A stretch of 61,940 bases of DNA, filler included, from Sphacelaria rigidula (taxonomy: Eukaryota), in NCBI GenBank assembly GCA_964200075.2. It is 7 parts of 7 records of this genome, joined end to end, with 100 filler letters (N's around TTAATTAATTAA, not from the genome) between each part and the next. Parts side by side here need not be neighbours in the genome. Positions count along the whole stretch, not along the records: positions 17,731 to 26,493 come from CAXNAA020010163.1; positions 26,594 to 35,356 come from CAXNAA020010164.1; positions 35,457 to 44,218 come from CAXNAA020010165.1; 4 more parts are not named here. One strand, given 5' to 3'. The notes beneath the pieces were generated by a model that ran no database searches, was not told the origin of the DNA, and was given only the letters and a program-made list of their open reading frames with translations. Position 1 is the first letter of the stretch. Every line of letters begins with the position of its first letter. Shown here piece by piece: positions 26,314-39,198 of this stretch. Position numbers and translations under genes: made by a program.

Positions 26314-26440
26314 TGTGACGGTTTAAGAGACTACCAACTAGACTACTGACCAAGTCAGCGCTGACTTGGTCAGTAGTCTAGTTGGTAGTCTCTTAACCCG
26401 TCACAAAAGTTAGTCGCTGGCTCGATTCCCGTCGGACGCT
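26314..26440 (+). repeat. 92-bp palindrome (26314-26405) overlapping a tRNA-like/SINE head
   Basis: Loopless palindrome centred on AGCGCT with one mismatch. The right arm carries A-box-like TAGTCTAGTTGG (26374-85) and is followed by B-box-like GGCTCGATTCC (26419-29). Confidence 0.8.
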
Positions 26441-26493
26441 CTTTCTTTGAAGAAAAAAGAGGAGAGAAAACCTCTGGTAAAAAATTGACCCCA

Positions 26494-26593
26494 NNNNNNN
26501 NNNNNNNNNNNNNNNNNNNNNNNNNNNNNNNNNNNNNTTAATTAATTAANNNNNNNNNNNNNNNNNNNNNNNNNNNNNNNNNNNNNNNNNNNN
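26494..26593. other. Artificial contig linker
   Basis: N44-TTAATTAATTAA-N44. Confidence 0.97.
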
Positions 26594-27428
26594 ATTTTCT
26601 TGCAAAGGCGCAAAAATACTGCTGTTATCGTCGTGGTGCAGAAAAACTGCTGCAATGGCGGACGCACAAAAGATTGATGCTGCTGAGGAGGTGCAGCAAC
26701 CTTCTGCCGTGTGGAAGGGTGCGTCCTGTTGTTATTGAACAGGGACGACAGGTTGCTGCTGCGGTGCGGCTTGCACTGGAGGCTGTTGAAACTGTTGAGC
26801 TGATCCCGCTGGGTAGAACGGTTGAGCTTGCGGGTTTAGAGGATTTCCACTCATTATTTCGCCGGGTTTTCGCGTTGGCTATGCGGTACTTGTACCTGGA
26901 ACGATAACCTGTGCGTATTCGCCATGGGTATCATAACACCGGTTAAGCGTACTTCATATTATTAACGCAGTACCTTACTCCTGCTTAAATGTTCCTGGCG
27001 AAATGGGGTTGGGAACGTTCTCAACTCATCAACGGTGAGAAGACACGATGGGGTAAACTGACAGCATCAATTTTTCCTCGTGATAAGAGCGCGGACGTCA
27101 CCGAGGGAAGACGAACAGGGGTGGAACAGGGAAACAGGAGAACATGGCAGCAAATTGATCACATGACAGGTTCGTCTGAGCATTCGGCTCAGATTTCCCT
27201 TTCATGGGGAATAATCCTCCAATTTCCGTCCTCCTGTTAACCTGCAAGGGCACGCGGGGGGAAATATGGCTCCTATAACCTGTTCGGCTAAACACGGTCT
27301 TGTTATCTTGGGTCTTCGTTCTCCTTCATCTCCCTGTGTGTAGTGATTTCCTGCATGCTCCTGGGTGAGCCTATTGTATACCGCACGCATACCCCGGGCT
27401 CACGCGCATTCCCCAATTTATTCGCACG
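26594..27428 (-). mobile_element. 5' end of a decayed Copia-like LTR retrotransposon: LTR ~27428-26910, PBS, start of Q/P-rich gag at 26854
   Basis: Minus strand reads CGTGCGAAT...ATACGCACA|GGTTATCGTTCCAG, resembling the copia GGTTATGGGCCCAG half-tRNAiMet PBS. It is followed by MSGNPLNPQAQPFYPAGSAQQFQQPPVQAAPQQQPVVPVQ* (probable premature stop). Truncated by the contig end. Confidence 0.6.
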
Positions 27429-28109
27429 TTGTTGGGCCTCCATGCTAGCATAGTGCATAATGTCCACAATTATAACTTACGTTGTTCAGTACCAGGCAAC
27501 CGTCTGGTCGGTTTCTGTTCGATATATTTCGGCAAAATAATGTGTGGAATCCGTAGACCCCTCAAGACCAGAAGTCCTGCCCAGACGAATGCAGCCTTGT
27601 CTGATGGTAGTCATAGCACTCACGGACAGACGAACCGCGTTGGAATTGGGTTGCCTATAGACGTAGAGTAGATGGACAACGGGAGATGGTGTAGTGTCCG
27701 TCTGGTGGCCTCGTGCAAACGCGTTAGCATGCAGCTTCACTCATAGTCGCTCAATCGTTGTGGATCTGGGTTGATTGTCACACTCATGAGTAGCTACATA
27801 GAAATCGGCAGGCGGGCACCAACAATATTTTTGACGAGTAACTGTTGCAGGCTTCAAGCAGTCCTGTGACCCACTGTTGCGCGTAATATTAATCAAGTAA
27901 TGGTATGTTCAACAGTGCACGTGGAAACACCCACCCACGTATTCGCAGTCGAAATGTAAGCTAGAAGTACATGGTTGGGTTTGATCTCTTAGAATCGAAA
28001 CAACTTCACATAACTCTCCATTCGTTTTACGCATGCATGGCTCGTTTATACTCTTTGAAGATATCTACCAAGGGTGCAAACGATCAAACAGGGGTACGAC
28101 GTAGAGATT

Positions 28110-28825
28110 TCATCCATTTTCCATGACAAAATAGCATTTCGAGCATTAATTATTTGCCCCCCCTGACCAGGGGGTAGGGTGAATACCTCCATGTTTCGTT
28201 CATTTAAGCCTCTCGATTTATGTTCACGGCTAATCGGTACCGTGCCTGGTGGCATGTATGCACACAGTATGACGTTGCGGTCAGACAAACAGATTTCCGT
28301 GCATTAGCGGACGTCAGCCTAACAATGTCATTCTCTGTCAGTTGCATACACGGTCATGTACGAGGTGCGGTCATTAGGTGCACACGGAAACGATCACCCA
28401 TGTATTGAAAGTCGTGAAGTAAAGTCAAAGCACATGATTGGGTCTGATTTCTTCAAAATCGGAGCAGACATAATATAGCCCCGAAGTTCTCAAGCATGTA
28501 TGACTCGCCCATACCCTTTGGAGCTATCCACGAAGGGCAAAACTATCAATCACGGGGAACCACGTTGAAGTGACATTCAATTTCCATGACAATAACACAC
28601 ATTTAACGCATCAATGATCTGCTCCCCCCCTGACCGGGTAGGGTAAATACCCCATGTTGATTCAAGCTTCGCAATTTCCGTTCACGACGAGTCGGCTGAC
28701 ATGGTATCGTGCCTTGTAGCATGTATGCACAACCAGTATGGTGTTACGGTCACACAAGCAGTTTCGTGAATTTGCGAAGCATAGAGTAAAACGACATTCT
28801 TTCACCGTTGCATACGTGGTCATAA
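28110..28825. repeat. Diverged direct duplication (~240-bp segments, ~465-bp period)
   Basis: TTTCCATGACAA..CCCCCTGACC..GTAGGGT..GCATGTATGCAC..GTTGCATAC..GGTCAT is present at ~28118-28357 and ~28581-28823. Confidence 0.75.
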
Positions 28826-29346
28826 AGGAGATACTCTAGCAAGTGGTTCGCGCTAAAAGTATATGTATTATGCTGTATGTACTCGGTACTAATTGTAGCC
28901 GACAACATCTCGATAGCTCCTGTGTATTTCTTCCACAGACAGTTCGTTAACTTCCATCTGCTGGTTGATATCGTGTTCAGTAGTTTCACTCAGGCGACAC
29001 GGCCATCACTACCTCGTGTTTTCCCACAGTATATAGACTCGAATAAACAGTACACGGCAGAGGTTCTTCCGCATGCATAGTCCGATATTTGATATTCGAT
29101 GGTGATTCGGAACAGTTTTGTTCCCACAGTGAAAGCACCCCACTCATGCACTGTTAGACTGAGTACAAAGTCAACGATTTCATCGAGGAGATGCTGCAGG
29201 CCGTAAAACGGTCAGTACCGCCATCCCGTATAGCCATATTGTAACAGCATCACAAATAAATAAAACGGTAGCATGTGGAAAAACCGAAGGGTGACACCCA
29301 ACCCAATGTTCGGAGACACAAGCGATTTTGTTCATCCAGCGGGTCT

Positions 29347-29499
29347 TGTTGCAGGTTAAGGGAGCTTCCCCTTACCCAGGTGCGCTTCCCCATAGTCAGG
29401 GGCGCTTCCCCATAGTCAGGGGCGCTGGCCCTTAATCCGGACCGCTTGCCCTTGAGCGAAAAGTTTCCCTTAACCGGGCGTTGCCCTTAACCTGCAACA
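29347..29499. mobile_element. 153-bp TG..CA element with 16-bp TIR and 5-bp TSD (Ginger-like MITE or miniature solo LTR)
   Basis: GGTCT|TGTTGCAGGTTAAGGG...CCCTTAACCTGCAACA|GGTCT. Confidence 0.8.
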
Positions 29500-32400
29500 G
29501 GTCTTGTCGAGTTTGAGTACATGTGGAGTAGGATAGCGTGGTTCCATTTCAGCTGTATCAAACTGCAAAATCGTGTTGAGTTGCTCCTTTCAGCTGCATC
29601 ACACAGCAGAAAGCACACAGCAGCTGTTGCATGGAACTATTTACCAAAGCAGTGTGAAGAGCCGTGCAATCATAGTATCCACCGTGACTCTACTCAATCA
29701 GGTCTACACGACAAGATTTGACCTGTCACGGCTAGGAAGCAAGCATGGCCTTGTGTCATCACACGGCGAAATCAGAGCCTACACAAAAACTGAGCAGCTG
29801 CGTTACACAGCACAACTCGGGCGTACAGTAGTGATGGTATCCAAGAATACAGAAGCAGCGGTATTGCATTTCAGTGCGTTTCAATACAGCTCAGTCACTC
29901 AAATATCATGTGATGACATGGGTGTAGTCCTGCGTACATAGTCAGTTTGCCCAGATGCAAGTGTAGGGGAAATTGGCAGAGATCTGACCGTTTGGTGGAC
30001 ACAATTCGGCATACTGAGGATGTACCGGGCCCGAATCTGCTTAATAAATTAGCGTGTGAAGCTCGCCTCTCATGTCAACCTTCCTGCCCAAGTGAATGTA
30101 AAGAAGCGCGGCTATAGTGGAGTGTTCACTTGGCGTTGGCTTCAATTTGAAGACCCCTCCACAATCAGCCTGAGGACTAACCCATGGAACATATCTTGTT
30201 TCCCTACTGTCTCAGCAAAAGCCTTCAAGCTCTCTCAGGTGTCGAAGCTTTTCCTGTCCGTTCTGTTGCGTTGCGTTCACGAATCGCGAACACTGTTTTG
30301 GATTGCATGAGCAGCGATACTGTCTTCGTGTTCGTCCCTACCGACCAATCTTAGTCGCACGCAATCATGTCTGCACTTCTGTTGAAAACTTCGTACATAT
30401 GTGGACTCTTTCATATTCGGTGAGACGAACAACGTTCTAGTGCCGTGCGTTGGGCACCTGTACTGTACTGTAGTTGCGACAGTCAGTGCAGTTTGCAGAA
30501 AGGATTAATTTGACATCACCACCCCTCATTTCGGAATAATTTAACCGTACCGGTGAAGATACCCTCATTTGTTTCATTGTTTCCTGTGATCCCTGTTTCG
30601 TTCGAGCGCTATCGCAGATTCACAGGTATCTCACCATAACCGTAACATGATGGCTAAAGTAAACACAACGTTGCTCCTAGAAGCTGCATCGTGCGGCTAT
30701 CACCCAGCGCGCCGCACCTGTTGGGTGGGATGGATTTGACAACGTGTGCAGCAGCATGATACAAGCACCCTCATGGACTACCTATCTGAACAATACAAAC
30801 CACTGGATCCGGCTCTTGCTCGGAGTAGCAGTCGTGTCACTCCACGCATGAAGCGAGGTGCGACATCTCGGTTTTTCCGGTAAAAACAAACGGGAGGGTG
30901 TAACAGCAGCATCGGCTTGGCGTGTAACGCACGAATCGGCGTTCATTACTCCCAATTAACAGCTCACATCAGCAGTTGCTTGCTGTGAATTCCCGCCCCT
31001 GATTGCTTCCGTTTTCAGCCCCATCGCTGCCACTAAAATCTGATGACGTTCGAGGTAATACCGGCCCGCTTGGGCCAGTGTCGCGCATTAACGGACAAGA
31101 ATTCGACGATGCATGATTCATTTAACCGGTGCGACGTTTACGTACCACAATACATTTTTTTGTTAATGGGTGTAGCCAGCGCCACGTTGTTCCTGCCAGC
31201 TGTATCACGCATCAAAATCGTGCGCGCGGCTGTGTTGCATTTAAGGGAGACAACGGGCGGTGCCAATAATTTCTGGCAACATTTGATGTAACACCGACCC
31301 CATGCGCCAGTATCGCGTATTAGCGGACGGTAATCATGTGGGGCATAGTGCATTTAACGGATACAACGTGTAGAAACTCATGCCTTCCGACATCAACTCC
31401 GCGCTTCCTGCTCAATCAAGAATAGCTGAAGATTCTGATTCTGAACTTGTAAGAGCATCGAATCGAACTGCGTGGGCGGCACGACGCTTTACTTTACCTA
31501 AATGCATCGCGCACAGGACTCGCTCATAGCCACCTACGCGCAGGTTGTGTAGTAAGCCTGGAGCGGGTGCGGCGCTGATATCAACTCTTCTTGACAAAAT
31601 CTCATTTTTGTGCCGCCTTCCGTGCTACCGTATCGTTGTTTTGGGCGCGCATCCGTTTCATCTGCCTCAAGATACGTGCGTAAAGCATGGCGGTAATAAC
31701 TGCACCTCCCTTCCCAGTCAGGCTGTGAGCAATATCGCTACGCTAACGTTGTGGACACGCATCTTCAAGCGGCGCGAGCACACCCGAATGGGCCTTAGTC
31801 TTCAGGTTTATCTCGTAGTCTCAGCTCATGTATCCCTTCATGTTTTCTTTCTTCGATTTAGTCTCAGTAGACATACAATATCCCGAAATCATATTGTTAT
31901 TTATGCGGGTATATGCCCACTGGCGCGCGTCATGGGCGGCACATTTACCAGCTCCACTTATTACCGCAGTACGCATGACAAACGTAAATTCCCGCCTGAG
32001 CAGCATTGTATCTCGCAGTTACTTTTGCGGGGTACCGTCATGGTCAAGCGTACATTGATTATTTTTGATTCGACTGATTGCGTTTCTTCACTTTACCCCA
32101 AGCGCGGGGTAAACCACTATGGCGGTCCCCGTCGCTTGATTACCTTTGTGCCGTCATTAGCGTGAGCACGAGCGCGTCGCTCCCAGCGCGCATCACCCAG
32201 CTCACATCATGATGGCTGATTATTCGTTTTGTTACCTGATGCCCTCGCTAACTTATGGCGAGGTGGTGAAAACGCACATGTGGCGCTCTCTTTGATCAAA
32301 AAGAAAATTGAATATCTTCCTGAACATCTTCCTGAACATTTTACCTCTCCTGGCTTGCGTTACACCGCAGATGATATGATCGAACACAATAGTCCCGGTG

Positions 32401-33651
32401 GGAAGCGCCATGATACAAGTAAACGGCGGTCTCCAGTTGTTGTCAGCATTTGCTCATCTCTACAGTGCAGGTTGATCACTGAACTAGGCCAACAACAAAA
32501 CTTCGGTCAACGATTACGGAATTTCACTGGTTCATGTGGGACCTTTCATTCTACTTATTATTTGACTGCCATTCATTTGTGCACGAGTTCGTTCATGTTC
32601 ATTTATTTACTACAGGCCGATCCTTTTACATCTGCAGGACTACAGTATTCAAACTCCAAACCGTCTCACCGTCGATCTTGTAACAATCGTAAGCTCACAG
32701 CGCGTGGGGAGACAGTCCAACGCAGTACAGTACACGTCGATCGTCAGGATATCCTTGTTCACAGCTTCAGGTGATTCGATCTCTTTTGTTCCTTGGTGGT
32801 GTTGATAGCCAGAGTCTTCTCGAGAGATTGTTCTGAACACCAGGGCATCTCAGCGTTGCACCGATTCTTAGAAAGAATCGGATTCAACCAGATGTAAGAG
32901 GCATGTTTTCATGTACTCCGTATCTTGACGGATTACTTAACATCCTCACCCCTGACCGCAGGTACTAGCCAGTTCCTGCGATCAGCCTTCCGGGCGCGTA
33001 TCTTCGTTCCGAATCAACGGCCCATCATTGTACTGTCCCCCTTCCACCGCATCACGCCGCGATCCGTAACACAAGCAGTTCTTGCCTCGTTTTTGAACAC
33101 ATTTTCCTCAATAACCGCACTGACCGCACTTCGACTTCGAATTGTTTTGCACCGAAATTCCCGCCAGATCACGGGCTTTGGGGGGGATGACGATGGTGTC
33201 GGACGATTCGACTACCTAGGTGTAAATCACGAATAACGTCCCGTACCGCAGAGAACATCCGTTCCTAATCACACGAACATGTTGTTGTACCCGGCATGAA
33301 CAAAGCGGAAACCGTTCGCGAGAAAAAGCGAAGAAAACAGAAAGCTAGAACAATCGAATGGGGTACGAGCTAGGCCAGCCTGTGGAGGCGGACCTGAGGG
33401 TTGCAGGCGGATTCTCACGTCAATTTCGAGAGTTGAAATTTGGAATTTGGAATGGAGAATCGGGTGGCGCACAATGTAAGCAATTCCAACGCCCTGGGGG
33501 ATTTGTGAGCTAAGGACAAAAGCAAGGGCCATTTCCCCCTACGACATCCTTAGTTGATGAATAACAGTCGATTTTCAAAGTTCAGGATGGAGCTTTCATT
33601 GAGGATGGTGCGCCGACAATTTCAAACCTTCGTATGCACAGAGTAATTCTA

Positions 33652-33780
33652 CGGTAGGTAGGGGTGCACGTTGTAGTCCAAACGTTTCCTGAGGCTGCAA
33701 ACTAAGTAAGACCCAGATGTTTGTCATCGCGTGGCTCCTAGAGTGCAGATCCCCAGAAAAACAATTGGGCACCCCTACCG
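33652..33780. mobile_element. Degenerate MITE of the CGGTAGGGGTGCAC family
   Basis: CGGTAGGTAGGGGTGCAC ... GGGCACCCCTACCG; same TIR as 6015-6249. Confidence 0.65.
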
Positions 33781-33834
33781 CAGAAAGACTTCACACCACG
33801 TCTTCGGGTTACGGCTAGGGCTGGGCTTAGGGTG

Positions 33835-34895
33835 AGGGTTCCCGTCCCGTCCTGTTGTTTTTGTGATTGCAGAGGCACGTTTCCGTCGTTCTGTCCCGTT
33901 GTTTACTACGAAAGCATGTTCCCATCCCGTCCCGATCCTTCGATTGAAGGTTCCTGGTGCTGTCCCGTCCTCACGGGGAAAATCCCTGTATATTTCACGG
34001 AAATTCTTCTCCAATTTGACGGAAACTTGAGTATATCTTGCAAATCACACTGCTTTCGTTAGATTGAGAGTCTGGGATACGGTTGAGAGTGAGTCGCGCT
34101 CAGTTAATGAACGAAATCTTTTCAGTACCGAAGTACCCCCCCAGTCCACAAGGCCCGATACACCTGCTGTAATAGTAGTTTGCCACTCGAGTCTTTAATA
34201 CTCCTGAGTGGAATATCGACGTGCAGATGTAAGCACACGACGGTGTTACAGGCAAATAGAAGAACACGACGGTGCTACAGACAAATAGAAGAACACAATA
34301 AAAAATAACATGGTCAAGCCAGAGCGAATGAGAAAACTCGCCCTCAATCAACGTTAAGCTCTCACTATCACGAAAACATTGATATATGTGGGATGTGGGC
34401 ATATGGTCTTCACTCTAGTTATTTTGAGACCCTGACCCCTTTCACAGCCGATTCTCCACTTATTTTCAACATATAAGGATGAACGCGGTCACAATTGCCG
34501 TAACCAGGGCTTGTGACGGGACTTTGGCAGCATGTAGCCGTTTTTCTGCCGCGATCATGAGTTGATCCAACTGCTGTTGTCGGATGTTGTACCTGAGAAC
34601 CGGTGACTATTCCCTCGTGAAAATGTCAAAGTATGGCTGCAGAAAAGTGTGCCCTAATCGTGCTTGTCTTGATGGGTGTATGCATGTTCTCGTGAAGACG
34701 GGACGGGACGGGACGGGACGGGACGGGAAAATGGCATGATGATGTTTTCGTGGTCCAATCCTGTTTCGTCCCGTCAGCCCTCAGAAATTCCCATGTCATC
34801 TGATTTATTATATTTTGGCGACGGGGAACCGTGTCCGTGCCGTTTCGTTCCGTCGACGGGAATACGGGCCCATCTATCGCCGGTGACGAGCCCTG
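33835..34895. repeat. CCCGT/GACGG-rich subterminal repeat remnants in opposite orientations
   Basis: CCCGTCCCGTCC clusters at ~33840-33970 and (GACGG)n at ~34697-34726; no TSD found. Confidence 0.45.
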
Positions 34896-35356
34896 ATATT
34901 TTCTCCCGCCCACCTGGAGTTACTACCCAGGTCCACTGCTGAAGGCGAACCGTAGGTTTCCGAAAGCATTGACAATGAGTCGGCCCAATGTGTAGACCCC
35001 ACGTGCATGAGCAAAGACGCGATGCTGAAGCGGTAATTTAACATATTTTTCAAAGTCCAGAAAGTCGGAAGTCGAACCTCTTTTTACTTGCAGCAAGCTT
35101 TTCATGTAAGTTTGTTTCGCGAAGAGGGTCGGGCCCGCAATATAGGCAGCAGACTCGGCCTCACCGATGTCTTCAATGTATTTTCAATAGAAGATATGGC
35201 AAATTGCCAGGGACTTCTACGAGTACTCGTCGTCCTTTCCGACCGGGCTGTGTTTCAATTGATAGATAGGGTCGGGGGGGGGGGGGGGGGGGGAGCCGAT
35301 GAAGTCGATACTAGAAGTACTCAATAGAGATAGGATCGAGAATCTGGAGACCGAAA

Positions 35357-35456
35357 NNNNNNNNNNNNNNNNNNNNNNNNNNNNNNNNNNNNNNNNNNNN
35401 TTAATTAATTAANNNNNNNNNNNNNNNNNNNNNNNNNNNNNNNNNNNNNNNNNNNN
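35357..35456. other. Artificial contig linker
   Basis: N44-TTAATTAATTAA-N44. Confidence 0.97.
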
Positions 35457-37119
35457 GGCCGCTAAAAGCCATGAAAACCCTACTCTCAATCGTATCGTAG
35501 ACTCTCAATCTCACGAAACTACTGTTAGTTTCGCTTAAAAAGTTCAACCCTACCGTAGCACCATTCCCAAATAACAATGTGCGTCGAAATCATCCCGAAA
35601 GGTTATGTGAATCGCATGGTGACAAGTGGCATCAGATGCCACATATACTGTCCTCCTGTGTACCCCCGACTGGTGCGCCCACACATACCGAGAGGTGTCG
35701 GCTGGCGTCCAGAATAAATGGGATGACAACACATACCCTGTAAATCAACGGATGGAACATCGTTCCCACGAAGTATCAACTCGGAAATTGCTACTTTACA
35801 CGAGAGTTGAACCACAGAGGTCACTACATGCTTCCATCTTTTGAAGCATATCCCCTGGAATTTTGATAGCATATCATACATTGATCGACTGATTTACTGA
35901 TTATCTCATATTAGCTGGTTGCAACAATGCAGCCCGTGGTCAGGAGCAGCAAAAAATAGAACAGAATAATGTGCCCTCGATGGAAATCGAGGCACAAAGA
36001 AATCATGCACATGTTATACACAATACATGTGGTTTGCTTTGCTGCTGTCTACAATGTACGACAAACATATTCACGGGAAGTTTTCTCTTTTTTACCGGAT
36101 ATCCAGTCACGGTTAGAAACATCTATGCAAAAATAGCAAGCCTAACAAGAAGGTAACCGAGAGTTTCGGAAAATGCTTCTTTTTCATAAAGTCAGAGTGC
36201 GGAGTGGAAACTTCGAAACTTCACAGTGGACGTTGAAAAGTTCATTGCTGAAGCTGATGTGACGTGACTTGACGTAATTTGTTTTGCCGCAGTGATTGGC
36301 CGCGGGTTACCCCGCCAAATGTACGATCGACCAACGTCCAGTTCAAAAGTGTATAAGCCAGCACAACACTGACTGTACCGTACACTACAGCCCCGTACGC
36401 ACCGTACACTACGAGTTTTCACTGCACCTGCAGTACTTCAGTCCACTACGGCGCACTACAGGACACTGTAATGCTGTAGTGCTGTGCAGCGTGACTGTAG
36501 TGCTGTAGTGCTGAGCAGCGTGGAGTGCAGACAGTGCAGTACAGAGAGTGTCATACAGAACCCTACAATAGTGCATTACGACGCGGTGAACTACTGTACA
36601 GCGATACCGTATAGAGAGTCGTACAAACAGTAGTACAGTACGGTACGGGCCACTTTCAAACAACAGATCTAGGCCGCATTCCGATGCCTTTTCAACATGC
36701 CACCCATAATGGCGATGCAAGACGTCATGATCTCTAACGGGATGGGAATTTTTTCAATTGTATTACTTTCTCTGCCCCATATTATCATGGTAGAGAAGAC
36801 GTCATGCACGCCAACGTTTCTTCCGGTTGGTTACTTTCCCTCGTATTTCGCAACAAATTGTGAGGAAAAAATACCGCTGGGAAAATACTATTAGAGATGT
36901 TGACCCTAGCTTACGGTTGCAGATATATTTTTGAGGGGGGTGGGTACCAAAAGGGTAGGGGGATATAAAAAGAAAACGGTAACCGGGAACCGAAGGGATG
37001 TGCAGGCCAAGGCGAGGTACAAAGACCCAAAGACTTTGCCATGCCAAGCTCCCTGTTTTTAGGTAAAAAGACCTGAAACGTAGACCTACCCCGATCGCTG
37101 CTGGCCCAGCTCGCACTTT

Positions 37120-37620
37120 GTGCAACCTGCCATCTTCAATCTGTACTGCCATATATATCACGTACGCGGCAGCAAAGACTAAAGTACTGTACTGTCTAGT
37201 ACTGTATGTACTGCACTCCTCCACATCAATTCTAGTGCAGCCGTTGTATATTACCGTCTCCAACCTGACATGTGCGCATGTATACTGCCGTATGCGGCAG
37301 GGAGAACAGGCAGTACTATACTGCTTAGTTCTGTCTGTACTGCATGTTGCCCACATCATCATTAGTACAGCCGTTGTACTAATGGCAAACTAACCTTTTC
37401 ATCCTACTGTACTGTTGGACGCGGCAGTACAACCCACGTAGTGTCTGCAGTGCACGTCGCCCAAATAATTTTCGGCAGCCGTCGGGTGCAACATGGCATG
37501 TGGATCCTACTGTTCAATCGGCAGTACAGACAGTACAATACTGCCTGCTACTGTCTGTATTGCACGTTGTCCACATATCTCACGCTGTACGCATCATGTT
37601 TCTACAGCCGTGCGTACTAC
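37120..37620. repeat. Degenerate minisatellite, about four units of 110-130 bp
   Basis: Recurrent CGGCAG..GTAC..ACTG..TGTCTGTACTGCA.GT.GCCCACAT..CAGCCGT. Confidence 0.7.
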
Positions 37621-38299
37621 TGTTGTATGCAAGCTGACACCTACAACTCACTGCATGAGACAGCACAGACAACAGTATGCTTTAATCTATGGGCTGGGTA
37701 CTGTCCGTGCTGCAGGTTTTCGAGAGAACGATCGATGCCAATATATCATCAGCCCCTTACGACATCTCGCGTGCGCCGGGATGGCGAAGCAAAGTTTGGT
37801 CTAGGGTATAAACGGCGCTGGGGATGTTCGACGTTGTTATCAGGAGAGACCCGCAGATGTCGGATGGCACAAACATATTCGGGGCTGGCGGGCGTTGCTA
37901 GTCTCGTCGCGCCGCAAGTGAAATAACGAGAGGAAAATACAAGTCGATCTCCTCTCGTATTTTTTCAAAAATAACAAACCAGGAGCGCCCATCTCGTGAA
38001 ATGTCCCCCGTCTCGTACTTTTTTCCCGAGAATCTTTTGAAATAACCAACCGTAAGTAGCCATATTTTTATTTTCACTCGTTGTTTGCCAATAACTGGAG
38101 GAAATAACCAACCGGAAGAAACGGCCTGATATACAGCCAATTTCCCCCAAAAAAATGCTTTCGGAAAATTCGTGATACTTGTGAACAGTCAAACGAAGAA
38201 TATATACGTCCCATGTCTATTACCCTGCTACGGGTCAATCATTCATTGACTAGCATTGTGTAGTGCTATGGTGGCGTTCGTTGATCTCGCTGGATCCGT

Positions 38300-38547
38300 G
38301 ACTGCTGCCGAGATAGCCCACCCCCGAACCGGCTAAAAAAGTGCGCGGGGGCGATGGTGATAAATGCCGTTAGAGCTGGACTCGCGCTGCACGACGCGAC
38401 TTGTGTGGGCGTTTCAGCTGATTTCGGACTGCTACACGCCTCTCATGTGGGCGCAATTGCTGAAAACGAGCCCAATAGTAGGATCGCAGCCAGTTTGTTG
38501 GACGGCGGCGGTGCACGTTTTGTGGGGAGGCTATCTCGGCATTAGTC
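38300..38547. mobile_element. MITE with TIR core TGCCGAGATAGCC
   Basis: TGCCGAGATAGCC (38306-18) / GGCTATCTCGGCA (38529-41), with imperfect extension outward. Confidence 0.7.
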
Positions 38548-39036
38548 CCGTGCTCGATATTGGCGTCGTAGTTGTAGTGGCGTTCGTGTATCTCGTTCGG
38601 TATAGCTTCTCGCCTCATTCCGTGCTCTCACTCGATCGTAGTCGCTGCTGTAGTATGTAGTGATCGTGTGACAAAATTCCGAACAGTGAAGCACTGCGCG
38701 ATCTGATCGCACGAAGAAGTGTTCCGTTTTAAACAGACACACGGAAAGTTCAAGTGAAATGATGTTGTAACACGTCCTGTGCCTCGACAAGACCGATGTT
38801 ACTGGTGATGCTCGAGTACGCTGAAGATGTGCTCCTGGATGCTGGCTTCTCGATAGTGGATGCTTTCCTCGAGCTTGCTGGTGGAGTCACTTGAGGTGGT
38901 TGCTTCCTGAAAAAGCAGGTGGTGGTGATTTTCGTTTGTGCCGATGGCTTGTGGGGATTTTCAGTACCGCGTCGCGTGCGCTCAATGTTCATGGGGTGTT
39001 TCATCGCCCCGCTTTTCACATAGGCTGGTGAGATAG

Positions 39037-39167
39037 CTAGCCCCCCTGCTGCAGTGCTGATGGACCTGATTTCTTGGTGTCAAGCACTTCTCTGATGTAC
39101 GCCTCCTCCTCTTGTGTCGTCGTAACTTTGATGTCGGAACTGCCCGAGTGTGATATCTCGGGCTGCT

Positions 39168-39198
<31 letters not shown>

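Noticed and set aside
26360..26440. Functional tRNA-Asp gene
   Set aside because: Acceptor, anticodon and T stems do not pair properly; only A/B-box-like motifs remain.
29950..33240. Possible host gene or MULE-like remnant in contig 4
   Set aside because: No consistent exon chain or domain motif; candidate frames are full of stops.
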